Shown here piece after piece: positions 32,648 to 42,018 of a stretch of DNA of 64,000 nucleotides (position 1 is the first letter of the stretch; each line of letters opens with the position of its first letter). Source of the DNA: Sulfolobales archaeon (GTDB taxonomy: Archaea > Thermoproteota > Thermoprotei_A > Sulfolobales > NBVN01); the NCBI GenBank assembly GCA_038841535.1, contig JAWBTQ010000001.1:128001-192000 (forward strand), in the 5' to 3' direction. Made by a program: the position numbers and the translations under genes. The notes under the pieces are model-generated. The model saw only the letters and a list, made by a program, of their open reading frames with translations, did no database searches and was not told where the DNA came from.

Positions 32648-33796
32648 CTATTTCAACTTCACGTACGCAGTTAAATCGAACTCTACAGCTACTTTATTGC
32701 TTCTAAAGTTCTCGAGCCTTCCTAGCCCAAGAACGAAGTAAGGTGATAGACCCTTCAAAAACACCTCAGCACTTAGCTTCTTACCCCCAACAACAACGCT
32801 CTCAGCAGGTTTTTCAGTCCGAACCCTTAGTTTAACCAGCTTGAATCCTCTATAATCACCCACAACGCTCCCCCTTAGCAGAAGACTAGAAACCGAGCTA
32901 AACTCCCTTTTAACACCCAGTAACTCCGCTAAGGAGCTAGCGATCGGTTCAACTAGGCTTAAGTATACTCCCATCTCGTCCCTTATCCTTAAGTAGTTTG
33001 AACCGTACAGTACTCCCAGCTCGTGAAGCTTGTAGACGGAGTCCATGGCTGAAGTAAGCATGTCGCCAACCGACCCCGGGGTATGCGAAACCAGAGAGTA
33101 CTCGTCCTTTACGCACGGCAACAGCTCTTCAGCTACGATGTTGAAGGCTCTTACTGACTCCATAATGTCGCTACCTGCTAGTTTCTCTATAGCAAATTTG
33201 GGGACGGCCCTGAGGGACTGTATGAAGAACGCATGTGGGCTGTATAAAGGCAAGATCTTGCGTGAAGCAGCGTAGAAGCCTCTCAGTATACTGAATACCT
33301 TAAGTGGGTTACCCGTTAGCGTAGCATAGTCTTTCTCCACTAGACTATTTACGTAGTTCTCGCTTATCTCGACAGCCCCGGCATTCCTCAAAGACTCTCG
33401 CAGTAGTTTATCTAAAACAACTAGCACATTAAACCACTCCGATCCTCTAAACACTAATCTCACGGAACTACTTACTAGAGAGAAAGGTATCCCCCTAGAC
33501 AGTCTATCTACTGCCTCACGACAGCCTAGGCACTCAATTCCAAAGAAGTCTCTAAATAGGTTTTGTATTCTCCTGCTGTGTCCGATAGTATCTCTACCTA
33601 TAACACCCATTACAATTTTCAATGACGATGGAGATGTGGGGGAGTTATTAATGAGCTCTACTAGTCTTGAGAGTCTGGAAGCTCTACCTGCGAGCTGGGT
33701 AACATCTGATTTAAAGAACTCCCTCAACTCCCTGTAACTAGTCTTCATAACGCCCTCTGCAGGTGTTCTTCGATCCTTTAACACCACTCTACTCAC
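32648..33796 (-). CDS. Uncharacterised 382-aa protein upstream of cas4
   Basis: Long ORF ending 6 nt before the cas4 start; no motif recognised. Confidence 0.8.
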   Translation of the reverse strand: MSRVVLKDRRTPAEGVMKTSYRELREFFKSDVTQLAGRASRLSRLVELINNSPTSPSSLKIVMGVIGRDTIGHSRRIQNLFRDFFGIECLGCREAVDRLSRGIPFSLVSSSVRLVFRGSEWFNVLVVLDKLLRESLRNAGAVEISENYVNSLVEKDYATLTGNPLKVFSILRGFYAASRKILPLYSPHAFFIQSLRAVPKFAIEKLAGSDIMESVRAFNIVAEELLPCVKDEYSLVSHTPGSVGDMLTSAMDSVYKLHELGVLYGSNYLRIRDEMGVYLSLVEPIASSLAELLGVKREFSSVSSLLLRGSVVGDYRGFKLVKLRVRTEKPAESVVVGGKKLSAEVFLKGLSPYFVLGLGRLENFRSNKVAVEFDLTAYVKLK

Positions 33797-34087
33797 TACA
33801 ACATAAACTCGGGTGGCCCAATTTTAACCAATCGTGTAGGACCTTGACCGGGTTTGGGCTCACTTTGTTTTATCAGTTACTTGACTAATGTCGACGCAAG
33901 TTTAAACCCTTCTTTGCCTTATCGCTTGTAGGCTGTCTATAGGGTTTCAGCGACTTGAAACCGTGAGAGTAGCGCACTTCAAGACCTAAACGAGCATCGG
34001 TAATAGTGCGATGGGATTGGCTAGCGATTAAGTTGCGTGCGAGTCAGACGCTAACTCCGCGTTAAGAAAACTTTTCTGGTATCCCGG

Positions 34088-34101
34088 CGAAAAGTTTATA
34101 A
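34088..34101 (+). promoter_or_regulatory. BRE/TATA promoter of tRNA-Phe
   Basis: CGAAAAGTTTATAA about 30 nt upstream of the tRNA 5' end. Confidence 0.65.
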
Positions 34102-34127
34102 TTACTCAGGTTAGCTATTTCTATGGT

Positions 34128-34212
34128 GCCGCCGTAGCTCAGCCTGGGAGAGCACCCGGCTGAAGGTCTCCGGGAGACCGGGGTGTCGGGGGTTCAAATC
34201 CCCCCGGCGGCA
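34128..34212 (+). tRNA. tRNA-Phe(GAA) with 11-nt anticodon-loop intron (about 34166-34176)
   Basis: Acceptor stem GCCGCCG/CGGCGGC, CCCGG-CTGAAG[GTCTCCGGGAG]A-CCGGG, TTCAAATC. Confidence 0.92.
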
Positions 34213-34798
34213 CTTTTACGCATAAAACCTCAACTCTATTCAAGTATCCGGCTTCTGCGAATCCTTCTGGGCAGCGAGCTCTCCTGTCTCTGCATAGAAG
34301 TGTCACAGCTGCCTCCTCGATATTGCTCATGTCTATCACGCTCAATAAAGGCTTAATGGTTCCATAGTCGCATGCATAGAGAGTGAAAGCATATAGATGT
34401 GTAAAACCAGGTTTCTCTCTCAGTGGCGGGTACTCGGCATCCGCAGCTACTACCTCTACAATTCCAGAGCTTCGATACCTGTGCCTTAACTCTCTTAGAG
34501 ACCTATAGCTGATATCTATCCCCACGTAGATCTCTGGCTCTACGCGTAGGTATTTGAGCAAGTAGCCGTAGAAAAGTCCAACTCCGCACCCGACATCGAG
34601 AACTCTACCTTTAGGTCTAGTTCTAACGGCGGCAGAGTATTTAGCTAGTTGTTCACTTCCGTAAAGCTCATCATAAGACCTTGCTATGGTGTTGTAGTAG
34701 TTCATCGTCGAGTACTTTAAGGAAGTAGGAGTGCGGTCCACGTACTGCGATGAGGTTTTACTACACGTGCTGTACTTTGCCATACTCCATACCTTCAC
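34139..34798 (-). CDS. Class I SAM-dependent methyltransferase; 3' end overlaps tRNA-Phe antisense
   Basis: SYDELYGSEQLAKY, VLDVGCGVG, VGIDIS, ADAEYPP. Confidence 0.85.
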   Translation of the reverse strand: MKVWSMAKYSTCSKTSSQYVDRTPTSLKYSTMNYYNTIARSYDELYGSEQLAKYSAAVRTRPKGRVLDVGCGVGLFYGYLLKYLRVEPEIYVGIDISYRSLRELRHRYRSSGIVEVVAADAEYPPLREKPGFTHLYAFTLYACDYGTIKPLLSVIDMSNIEEAAVTLLCRDRRARCPEGFAEAGYLNRVEVLCVKVPPGGFEPPTPRSPGDLQPGALPG

Positions 34799-35070
34799 AA
34801 TGGCCTGAGAGCTGCGTAAACGAAGTTAAAAACAGCTACCCAAGAGATAAATGTAATCGATAGATAGAAGAATATTCCTTCTCGAATTGAACACCTAGAC
34901 CTTGACACCCGGGAGGCGGGTATGTGTGCGAAAAAGGGAGAAGTTAGGTAGAGAGCTACCGTAACGTAGTGAAACAAGTCTGATGACCAGTATGTGGCTA
35001 GTAGAGAAAATATAGCTAGTAAAACCCCAGTAATAGCTCCCACTAGTGCCTTAGATGACGCGCAGTCCAA
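34795..35070 (-). CDS. Small three-TM membrane protein
   Basis: Three hydrophobic segments; GTGA overlap with the methyltransferase start. Confidence 0.7.
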   Translation of the reverse strand: MDCASSKALVGAITGVLLAIFSLLATYWSSDLFHYVTVALYLTSPFFAHIPASRVSRSRCSIREGIFFYLSITFISWVAVFNFVYAALRPL

Positions 35071-35165
35071 AGCTTAAGCACCCGACTCACAGCCTACTCT
35101 TGATTTTCCTGAGGAACACTTATAAGTCTTACCTTGCGCGGCTTCTAAACTGAAAACTACGTATA

Positions 35166-35408
35166 CTACGAATACTTAAGCCTCACTAAACTCAACTGCT
35201 TGTAGAAAGTTCTTAATGCGTCGTACGCTTTCTTCAAGCTCGCAGATAGGTCTTCTAGAGCTCTTGTTTTTTCTACGTCCTTCGATACCTTACTTTCAGA
35301 TATAGCGTACCTTAAGTCGTCTTCCAGGGCTTCCATGTCTCTTAATAAAGACTCGACTTCGTTAGCAACTCTATCTATTTTAATCATGAAATGTTTCTCG
35401 GACGACAT
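35166..35408 (-). CDS. Small coiled-coil hypothetical protein
   Basis: 80-aa helical ORF with ATG start. Confidence 0.65.
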   Translation of the reverse strand: MSSEKHFMIKIDRVANEVESLLRDMEALEDDLRYAISESKVSKDVEKTRALEDLSASLKKAYDALRTFYKQLSLVRLKYS

Positions 35409-35546
35409 ACCTAAGCCCCAATTTTTATGACTTAAACAGTATTTAATTTAAAGACTTACAGTAGAGACTAACTCAATTTCAGCTCTAAAAAAGCTTAATC
35501 TCTAAAGCTATTATCGGTTCTAACTTTTAGTACTGGGAACATCGAC

Positions 35547-36053
35547 ATGCTAGCTATAGCTGAATTCTCTGGGCTTTGTCGAGGAAACCCAGTGAGGGTC
35601 TCCAGGAACCTGGAGATATTAGGTGGCCGCGTAGTGTCTTACGATCCTGGGACGAGTGTAGTTATGGGTACATTCAAAGTCGACATGCTGGACCTTCAAG
35701 ACCTCGAGAAAAAGAAGAGGTTCTTCATAGAGCACGTACTTAGAGATTTAGCTGACTGCAGGCTATGGGTCAAGATGGTCTTGAGCTCTGATCTATGTGC
35801 TCGTTTTCGCAGAGTGAGCATGGTGCGAATATCTTCAAGCACTTCTGAAGCCCTAGTAGTCAAGCTAAAGAACTACGTGTATGCTCTATGGTGCCGGGGC
35901 GAAGCCCGCACTGCTAGGTTAACGATGATATCGAACACGACTAATTGGCGCCATGGAGAGCTTGTAGAAATAGCACACACCTGCGAAAAAATGCCGAAGC
36001 TGCTTGATGATATTAGAGAGGACCTTATGATGGTGATAGGAGATATCCGGTAG
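35547..36053 (+). CDS. Hypothetical protein
   Basis: 168-aa ORF with no competing long ORF. Confidence 0.65.
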   Translation: MLAIAEFSGLCRGNPVRVSRNLEILGGRVVSYDPGTSVVMGTFKVDMLDLQDLEKKKRFFIEHVLRDLADCRLWVKMVLSSDLCARFRRVSMVRISSSTSEALVVKLKNYVYALWCRGEARTARLTMISNTTNWRHGELVEIAHTCEKMPKLLDDIREDLMMVIGDIR

Positions 36054-36157
36054 ATAGCGGTGAGTGCGAGAATATCTAAAGCAAGCTCGTCGCGACCTTA
36101 CGTATACCCTAGTAGAAGCAGGTGCTTAATCTAGTTTAAGTGCTTATCGCAGAGAGT

Positions 36158-37270
36158 TTACCTATATTCCTCTAGGTACTTCTCTCCTTCTGTGTCTTCC
36201 TCCTCCCAAGCTTTCGGGCAACCCTTCCCGTACCTTATTGCGGGTTTCTCCAGCCTAGTCAGTAACGCTACCCTTGAGGGTCTAGAGCTGGAGACGAGCT
36301 TATAGCTAGATGCGTCAGCGAGTTTTTTAGCAAACTCCATTACTTCTTCGTAACTTGGCATGCTACTCCTGGAGAGCCTACTTATTGACGCTCCAACGTG
36401 CATGTATGCCTTAGTCTCAACGAAAGTCGGATTTGCTATGTCAATGAGTTTAGCGAAACCAGCGACATCGGCATCTCTCATATTGTAGCCCTTTATCATG
36501 GTAAACCTGATCACTGTCCTAGTGCTGAGAGATCGAAGAAGCTCTAAAGTTCGGAGAGTGAGTTTCCAGAGATTGGCTCCCATAGGCCTATTAAACTCTC
36601 GATACATCTCTTCGCTCCACGTTTCGAGTGAGACATAGAGCTGTGTAGGTTCTTCCTCGAGGTTGATTAGTACGTCCGGTCTAATACCCCTAGTTACTAG
36701 AAAAGTCGTTAGCCCTTTTCTGTGGAAAATCTCAATTAGCTCCCCAAGCCTCGGGTAAAGAGTTGACTCACCAGTTAGGGAAATAGCAACATGCTTAGGG
36801 TCTATAGCTTCTTTATACTTTTCTCTAGGTACCCTCTTGGCATAACCGCTAACAGTCCTCCGATGCTCTAGAATAGCCATCTCAGCAAGAAACTCCGGGT
36901 CTTCGACGTAGGGTAGCGTAATGAGCTCTGGACCCTCTAAACCATAGTCAAAAGGTCTCGCTCTCCAGCAGTGGAGACAGGAATTCCAGCACCACGATAC
37001 TGCTGGACTAAACTGAATGCATCTATGCGACTCAATACCGTAGAACCTGCACTTATAGCAGAACTTGTTGTAAACTAGTGCGTTATGAACCCAGAGACAC
37101 TTCTTCACTGCTGCGTGGCTACCTATCAGGTGGTATCCCTGCTTCTTCAGCTTATCGAGCATTCTAGTTAGAGGATCAACCCAGTTTATTTGCTCACTAA
37201 ACAGCATACCGGCAATACTACCCAAAGTACTCGCCTTTAGGCGAATATATACCAAGCAACTCCAACACAC
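36158..37270 (-). CDS. taw1: 4-demethylwyosine synthase (radical SAM) Taw1/TYW1
   Basis: HAAVKKCLW, CYKCRFYGIESHRCIQ, CWNSCLHCWR, HVAISLTGE, PTQLYVS, KAYMHVG; true start may be about 37207. Confidence 0.95.
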   Translation of the reverse strand: MCWSCLVYIRLKASTLGSIAGMLFSEQINWVDPLTRMLDKLKKQGYHLIGSHAAVKKCLWVHNALVYNKFCYKCRFYGIESHRCIQFSPAVSWCWNSCLHCWRARPFDYGLEGPELITLPYVEDPEFLAEMAILEHRRTVSGYAKRVPREKYKEAIDPKHVAISLTGESTLYPRLGELIEIFHRKGLTTFLVTRGIRPDVLINLEEEPTQLYVSLETWSEEMYREFNRPMGANLWKLTLRTLELLRSLSTRTVIRFTMIKGYNMRDADVAGFAKLIDIANPTFVETKAYMHVGASISRLSRSSMPSYEEVMEFAKKLADASSYKLVSSSRPSRVALLTRLEKPAIRYGKGCPKAWEEEDTEGEKYLEEYR

Positions 37271-37590
37271 CTCTCGGTAATATACTGTCCTTACTCCAGG
37301 CTGACCTAGACCTGCCCTATAGCTTCATTACATTCACCTGAGATGGTCTACGTTGTCCATGGATGTCGGAAAAGGGAATCTAGTCACTAGTTAATTTATA
37401 GAAAGAGAAAATCTGTTGACTTAAATCTGAGTACTGTTGGAATGGCGAGATGCCGGAATAGCTAGAGACTTACCCGAATCGCTTTTCGAGGATTCTTTAA
37501 GTGGTTTAAGTTCAGCCTTCTCTGGCTTATATATGCTTTTGTAGATAGGTTCGTGCTAAAAAAATATATACCTGATCCAACTAGATCGGT

Positions 37591-38646
37591 TTGGGTACTA
37601 GTATGAGAGAAGTTAGGAGAGTCCAGAAATTCGGTAAATCGACCTTGATGGTTTCACTCCCCGCAGAGTGGGTTAGGTCTATTGGGCTACGACCAGGTGA
37701 CCCTGTCTCTATAGACATACTAGAAGATAACTCTGTTAGAGTGTCACCTCTATCAGCAGGTAAGCAGAGTAAGGAGTTCTTGACCTCCATTAATGTAGGT
37801 AAAAATGCGTCAGAGTCTCTTTTGGGTAGAGTTATATACGCTCTGTACTTACTGGGAGTCGATAGAATCGAAGTTCTGAGTGAGGAAAGCGTTATGCCAG
37901 AAAACCTACTTAGGTCTTTAAGGAACGTCGCTAAAACCTTGATAGGTGTGGAGATAACTGAGTACTCTCCGAGTAGGATCGTGCTTCAGATACTCATCGA
38001 CTCCAGTAAGTACTCGGCTATAGCAGTAATCAATAGAATGCTTGAGCTAGTTCGATCTATGTTCGAGTACATCGAGACATACGTGGCCTCCGGGGCAGTA
38101 CACTTACTACAAGAAGTCCAGGAGCTAGAGATAGAGGTCGACAGACTCAACGCCCTGATCGTTAGGCAGCTAGTCGACTTAATAAAGCATAAGGGACTAG
38201 CAAAGCAGTTGGGGGTTAGAGACACTCTCGCGACAGAGTATAGGAGTATAGCGAAATCCCTTGAAGAAGCAGCAGACTCCCTATCTGAGATAGCAGTTAT
38301 ACTGCAGGAACGCGGGCCGGTTTTACTGGAGAAAATGAGGAGGGAGATAAGTGTCTTAAGCGAGTGTATAGACATGGCCGTACTAATAATAGACAGGATA
38401 ATCAAGACGCTAAACTATGAAGACCTAGCTCTAGCTAACGAGTTACTAGATTTAGTAGCCGAGTACAGAGGCCACTTCAAAAAATACGCTGACCTAATGT
38501 ACAAGACCCTCGGGCTAGACGAGATGTACCTCAGCATAAAAGACATGCTTGAGAGATTCGCTGTAGCAGGAAAGTCCCTCGAGTCGATAGCGGAGAGCGT
38601 GTTCGACATAAACGTGTGGAGGTCTCCAGAGTTAATAAAGCTCTAG
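37591..38646 (+). CDS. AbrB-PhoU phosphate uptake regulator family protein
   Basis: RRVQKFGKSTLMVSLPAEW (AbrB), YLLG.D, LEIEVDRL (PhoU). Confidence 0.9.
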   Translation: MGTSMREVRRVQKFGKSTLMVSLPAEWVRSIGLRPGDPVSIDILEDNSVRVSPLSAGKQSKEFLTSINVGKNASESLLGRVIYALYLLGVDRIEVLSEESVMPENLLRSLRNVAKTLIGVEITEYSPSRIVLQILIDSSKYSAIAVINRMLELVRSMFEYIETYVASGAVHLLQEVQELEIEVDRLNALIVRQLVDLIKHKGLAKQLGVRDTLATEYRSIAKSLEEAADSLSEIAVILQERGPVLLEKMRREISVLSECIDMAVLIIDRIIKTLNYEDLALANELLDLVAEYRGHFKKYADLMYKTLGLDEMYLSIKDMLERFAVAGKSLESIAESVFDINVWRSPELIKL

Positions 38647-38696
38647 AACAAGAAGACAAAAGTTTAATACTTCAAAAAACGTAACCTAAACCCGGT

Positions 38697-38774
38697 GGCT
38701 CCGGTAGCTCAGCGGGGTAGAGCGCGGGGCTGTGGACCCCGAGGTCCCGGGTTCAAGTCCCGGCCGGAGCCCCA
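38697..38774 (+). tRNA. tRNA-His(GUG) with encoded G-1 and CCA
   Basis: G-GCTCCGG/CCGGAGC-C-CCA; CGGGG-CTGTGGA-CCCCG anticodon arm; upstream AAAAGTTTAATA TATA. Confidence 0.96.
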
Positions 38775-38812
38775 CTTAATACTTCCCATACTAGATTCGG
38801 TATCGCGTAGCA

Positions 38813-39844
38813 CTAGACTTCTTTACCTGCTGAGTAGTAGCTGAAAGCAGGTAATTCGCCGAACCTAGATAGCTCTACTATAGGCTTATCTGTTGGCACT
38901 ATTCTTACACCGTAGGGTCTTTTCTTAATCGAGAACGCTGTGTACGTATCTGTGAACAAATTCTTTAAGTAGTTGAGGTCTCTTGGCACTGCGACCATAT
39001 CTAACCCGGCTACACAAGCTGTGCTTAGTCCTATAAGGTCCTCTAGCCTTAGTTTTCCTCTTTTCACAAGCTCCTTCAATTTATTGTCTTCAGCTACCGG
39101 CATCATAAGCTCGTTAAACCCCGTGCTCTCGATGTTGCTCGATGCTTCAGTAAGTACGCGGTTTAATCTATATACAGCACCTAGAGTTCCTACCACAGGA
39201 AATACAGCACCCAGCCTCTCGATGACGTCAACAGAGCTCTCAACCATCCATGGAGAAATAGATACATCATGGTAAACTTTCAATCCAGTTTCACTAGCTA
39301 TATCCCTAATGGAAATACTCACTTTTTTCGTCAACTCCTGGATTACCGTGGTCCACTGCTTTGGTTCTGATGAAAGCAGTAGATCGATGTAGCGATATGC
39401 TATAGATACGGAGTCCTCAAAGGCTGTCGATATTGGAAAATACGGAGTCTGTATGTAGCCCCCGTAGCTAACACCGATTCTAGTAAAATAATCTTCACTT
39501 AATGCTTTCGATAACTCTATATAGAGCCAAGAGAGGTAATCTAGGTTTTCTTCCGACGCCAGGATAGTCGCATAACTGCTTCCGCACTTCTTAAGGTATT
39601 CTACTAGCTCCGGAACTTTCACATCATCCGCACTCCTATGGTAGGCTGCAAGCATTAACCTATCACCACAGTAACTGATTACCTCTCTCCAATCGAAATC
39701 TTCACTAAATGACACTCTGAGAGTCCAAACTGAGATGCCCTGAGCCTCTAAGGACTTCTTAAATCCTTCTAAGAGACTAACTATTTCCTGCGTTTTATAC
39801 TTCTCAGATTTAACGTGTAGAGTTAGTGCTCTAACGATAGGCAT
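38813..39844 (-). CDS. DUF711 family protein
   Basis: MPIVRALTLH start, TPYFP, DVSISPW, GFNELMMPVAED, CVAGLDMV. Confidence 0.82.
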   Translation of the reverse strand: MPIVRALTLHVKSEKYKTQEIVSLLEGFKKSLEAQGISVWTLRVSFSEDFDWREVISYCGDRLMLAAYHRSADDVKVPELVEYLKKCGSSYATILASEENLDYLSWLYIELSKALSEDYFTRIGVSYGGYIQTPYFPISTAFEDSVSIAYRYIDLLLSSEPKQWTTVIQELTKKVSISIRDIASETGLKVYHDVSISPWMVESSVDVIERLGAVFPVVGTLGAVYRLNRVLTEASSNIESTGFNELMMPVAEDNKLKELVKRGKLRLEDLIGLSTACVAGLDMVAVPRDLNYLKNLFTDTYTAFSIKKRPYGVRIVPTDKPIVELSRFGELPAFSYYSAGKEV

Positions 39845-39919
39845 GGTGAGTACCAGATATATTGACTGGAATACATAATAAACATATAAATTTGCGCTTA
39901 ACGTAGTGCTAGGATACAT

Positions 39920-41284
39920 ATGGAGTTCAATAAGCTGGATTCTTTTGTTATAGATAAGATGTCTCAAACTAAGATTCCTGGACTATCACTTACGATAGTA
40001 AAGAATGGGGAAGTAGTGTACTCGCGGAGTTACGGGTTTAAAGACGTTGAGAGAGGGCTACCTCCAACCTCTAGAACTATTTACGGTATCGGCTCAGTTA
40101 CTAAGTCTTTTACAGCACTTGCCATACTGAAGCTAGTTGAAAACGGTAAGCTATCTCTTGATGATGAGGTCTCGAGGTTCGTCCCAATAAAGCTGGAAGC
40201 TATGGGGAAACCTATTAGAATACACCACTTACTCACACACTCTAGCGGTATCCCGGCATTAGCATATGCTGAAGCATTCATCAGGGGCTCTCTAGGTCTT
40301 GACTCGCAGTGGCTCCCTGTATCGACACCTGAGGACGTAATTTCGTTTATGTCAGATTACGAGTCGTGGGTCCACTCCGAGCCAGGCACTAAGTATTTTT
40401 ACTTAAACGAGGGATACGTCCTCCTAGGCTATATAATCTCTAAAATTAGTGGAGCAAGCTATGAAGACTTCGTGAGGGCGAGCATTCTAAAACCCCTCGG
40501 GATGGAGAGGACTTACATCGAGGAGCACGAAGTATCGAGAGACCCGGACGTGGCGGTACCTTACATCATAGATAGAGAAGGAAAGCACGTAAAGAGCAGG
40601 TTTCCCTTTGGTATAAAAGCGGATGGAGGGTTGCTGAGTAATTGCGAAGATATGGCTAAGTACTTGATGATGCTAATAGAGAGGGGTTACTACAGTGGGT
40701 CAGAGGTTGTAAGTCGCAGTAGTATTGAACTAATGGAGAGAAAATACATAAAGATACCTTCTGGACTGTTTAAGGACGACTCGTATGGCTATGGATTGAC
40801 CATAACGGACGAATTCTTCGGTAGGAGATTAGTCCGCCACAGCGGGTCTGTCCTCGTATACACGGCGTTCATGGGTTATGTGCCGGGTGATAGATTGGGA
40901 GTAGTAGTTTTAGCGAACGCTAGTGGTTACCCGCTATCCTTCATAGGAATATATGCTTTAGCCCTCGCGGTAGGCTATGACCCTGAGAGCTCTCTCTACT
41001 TTATAAAGCAAGATAAAATTATAGACAAGCTCACTGGTACATACGAAACCTATAGAGGAACCTATAGGGTCTACGTTAGAAGAATGGGAGACTTCTTAGC
41101 TATTGAGTACAAAGACAAGTATAGAGAGGCCGTAACTCCATTAGTGCCGCTTGAAGTAAGCGATGAATACGTCAAGTACTATACCGTTAGCTTCGGTAGT
41201 AGGGTCGACGTAGAGTTCTTCATAGAGAAAGATAGAGTTACTATGGTGTACGAGCGCTATAAGCTAGTTAAGAAGTCTGCATAA
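39920..41284 (+). CDS. Serine hydrolase, beta-lactamase class C fold (Pab87-like peptidase)
   Basis: GSVTKS (SxxK), LLTHSSG, YLNEGY, HSGS, C-terminal beta-barrel domain. Confidence 0.9.
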   Translation: MEFNKLDSFVIDKMSQTKIPGLSLTIVKNGEVVYSRSYGFKDVERGLPPTSRTIYGIGSVTKSFTALAILKLVENGKLSLDDEVSRFVPIKLEAMGKPIRIHHLLTHSSGIPALAYAEAFIRGSLGLDSQWLPVSTPEDVISFMSDYESWVHSEPGTKYFYLNEGYVLLGYIISKISGASYEDFVRASILKPLGMERTYIEEHEVSRDPDVAVPYIIDREGKHVKSRFPFGIKADGGLLSNCEDMAKYLMMLIERGYYSGSEVVSRSSIELMERKYIKIPSGLFKDDSYGYGLTITDEFFGRRLVRHSGSVLVYTAFMGYVPGDRLGVVVLANASGYPLSFIGIYALALAVGYDPESSLYFIKQDKIIDKLTGTYETYRGTYRVYVRRMGDFLAIEYKDKYREAVTPLVPLEVSDEYVKYYTVSFGSRVDVEFFIEKDRVTMVYERYKLVKKSA

Positions 41285-41325
41285 AGAGGTGCTGGCGAGC
41301 TAGTTTCAAGGTAGTTCGTTCAGAG

Positions 41326-42018
41326 CTAAGGAGTCTTTTTAGTAAGAACTACGAACGAGTTTAAACTGTTAGAGCGGCTTACGTACCCTGCAGAGATAAC
41401 CTTGAGGCCGACCGTTTCGACTATTTTCTTCAGGTCGCCTACTTCGTATAGGAAGTATCTTCTCACATAGGTTTTCTTGCGAGTCCTCCATTCAACTAGG
41501 TACTCGCAAGAGCCTCTGAAGCCGAGAAGCTTTTTAAGACAGTTTAATAGAGTTTGATTAACGAACCTCAGCTGCCTCTTCGACCACGAGGTCAGTACTG
41601 CCAGGCCTCCCGGCTTTAGTATTCTAAAGACTTCTCTAGCTAAATCAATTAGCTCATCTTTTGGTAAGTGATGGACTACTGCTATCGACAGCAAGCTATC
41701 CACTACTGAATCTCTTAGAGGTATCTTCGATGCGTCAGCAGCTATAAAGTCGACCTTGAAGAAGCCCCTTCTTCTCGATAGCTTCCTAGCCTCTACCAGC
41801 ATGGACGGAGCGATGTCGGTACAAACGAGGTAGCTAACCTCCTTTGTAAGTGCTAGCTGGAGTCCGTTAACGCAGTGACCAGATCCTAGGTCTAGAGCTA
41901 TCCCTCCCTCGAGTACCCTCACTAACTCCCACGCTCTACTCCTCCAGGATGTATAGCCTCCAGCTATCTCGTCGTAGACCTCCAAGACCTCGTAGACTAC
42001 CTCTCGCGAGCTAGGCAT
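41326..42018 (-). CDS. SAM methyltransferase resembling Trm9/ALKBH8 (tRNA wobble-U carboxymethyltransferase)
   Basis: VYDEIA..Y..R..W, LDLGSG, SIAVVHHL, RILKPGG..TSW, RRYFLY..GDL match the recalled Trm9 motif order. Confidence 0.75.
   Translation of the reverse strand: MPSSREVVYEVLEVYDEIAGGYTSWRSRAWELVRVLEGGIALDLGSGHCVNGLQLALTKEVSYLVCTDIAPSMLVEARKLSRRRGFFKVDFIAADASKIPLRDSVVDSLLSIAVVHHLPKDELIDLAREVFRILKPGGLAVLTSWSKRQLRFVNQTLLNCLKKLLGFRGSCEYLVEWRTRKKTYVRRYFLYEVGDLKKIVETVGLKVISAGYVSRSNSLNSFVVLTKKTP

Noticed and set aside
31000-34100. CRISPR array or cas operon around cas4
   Set aside because: No regularly spaced direct repeats and no cas1/cas2/cas3/cas7-like ORFs seen anywhere in the window
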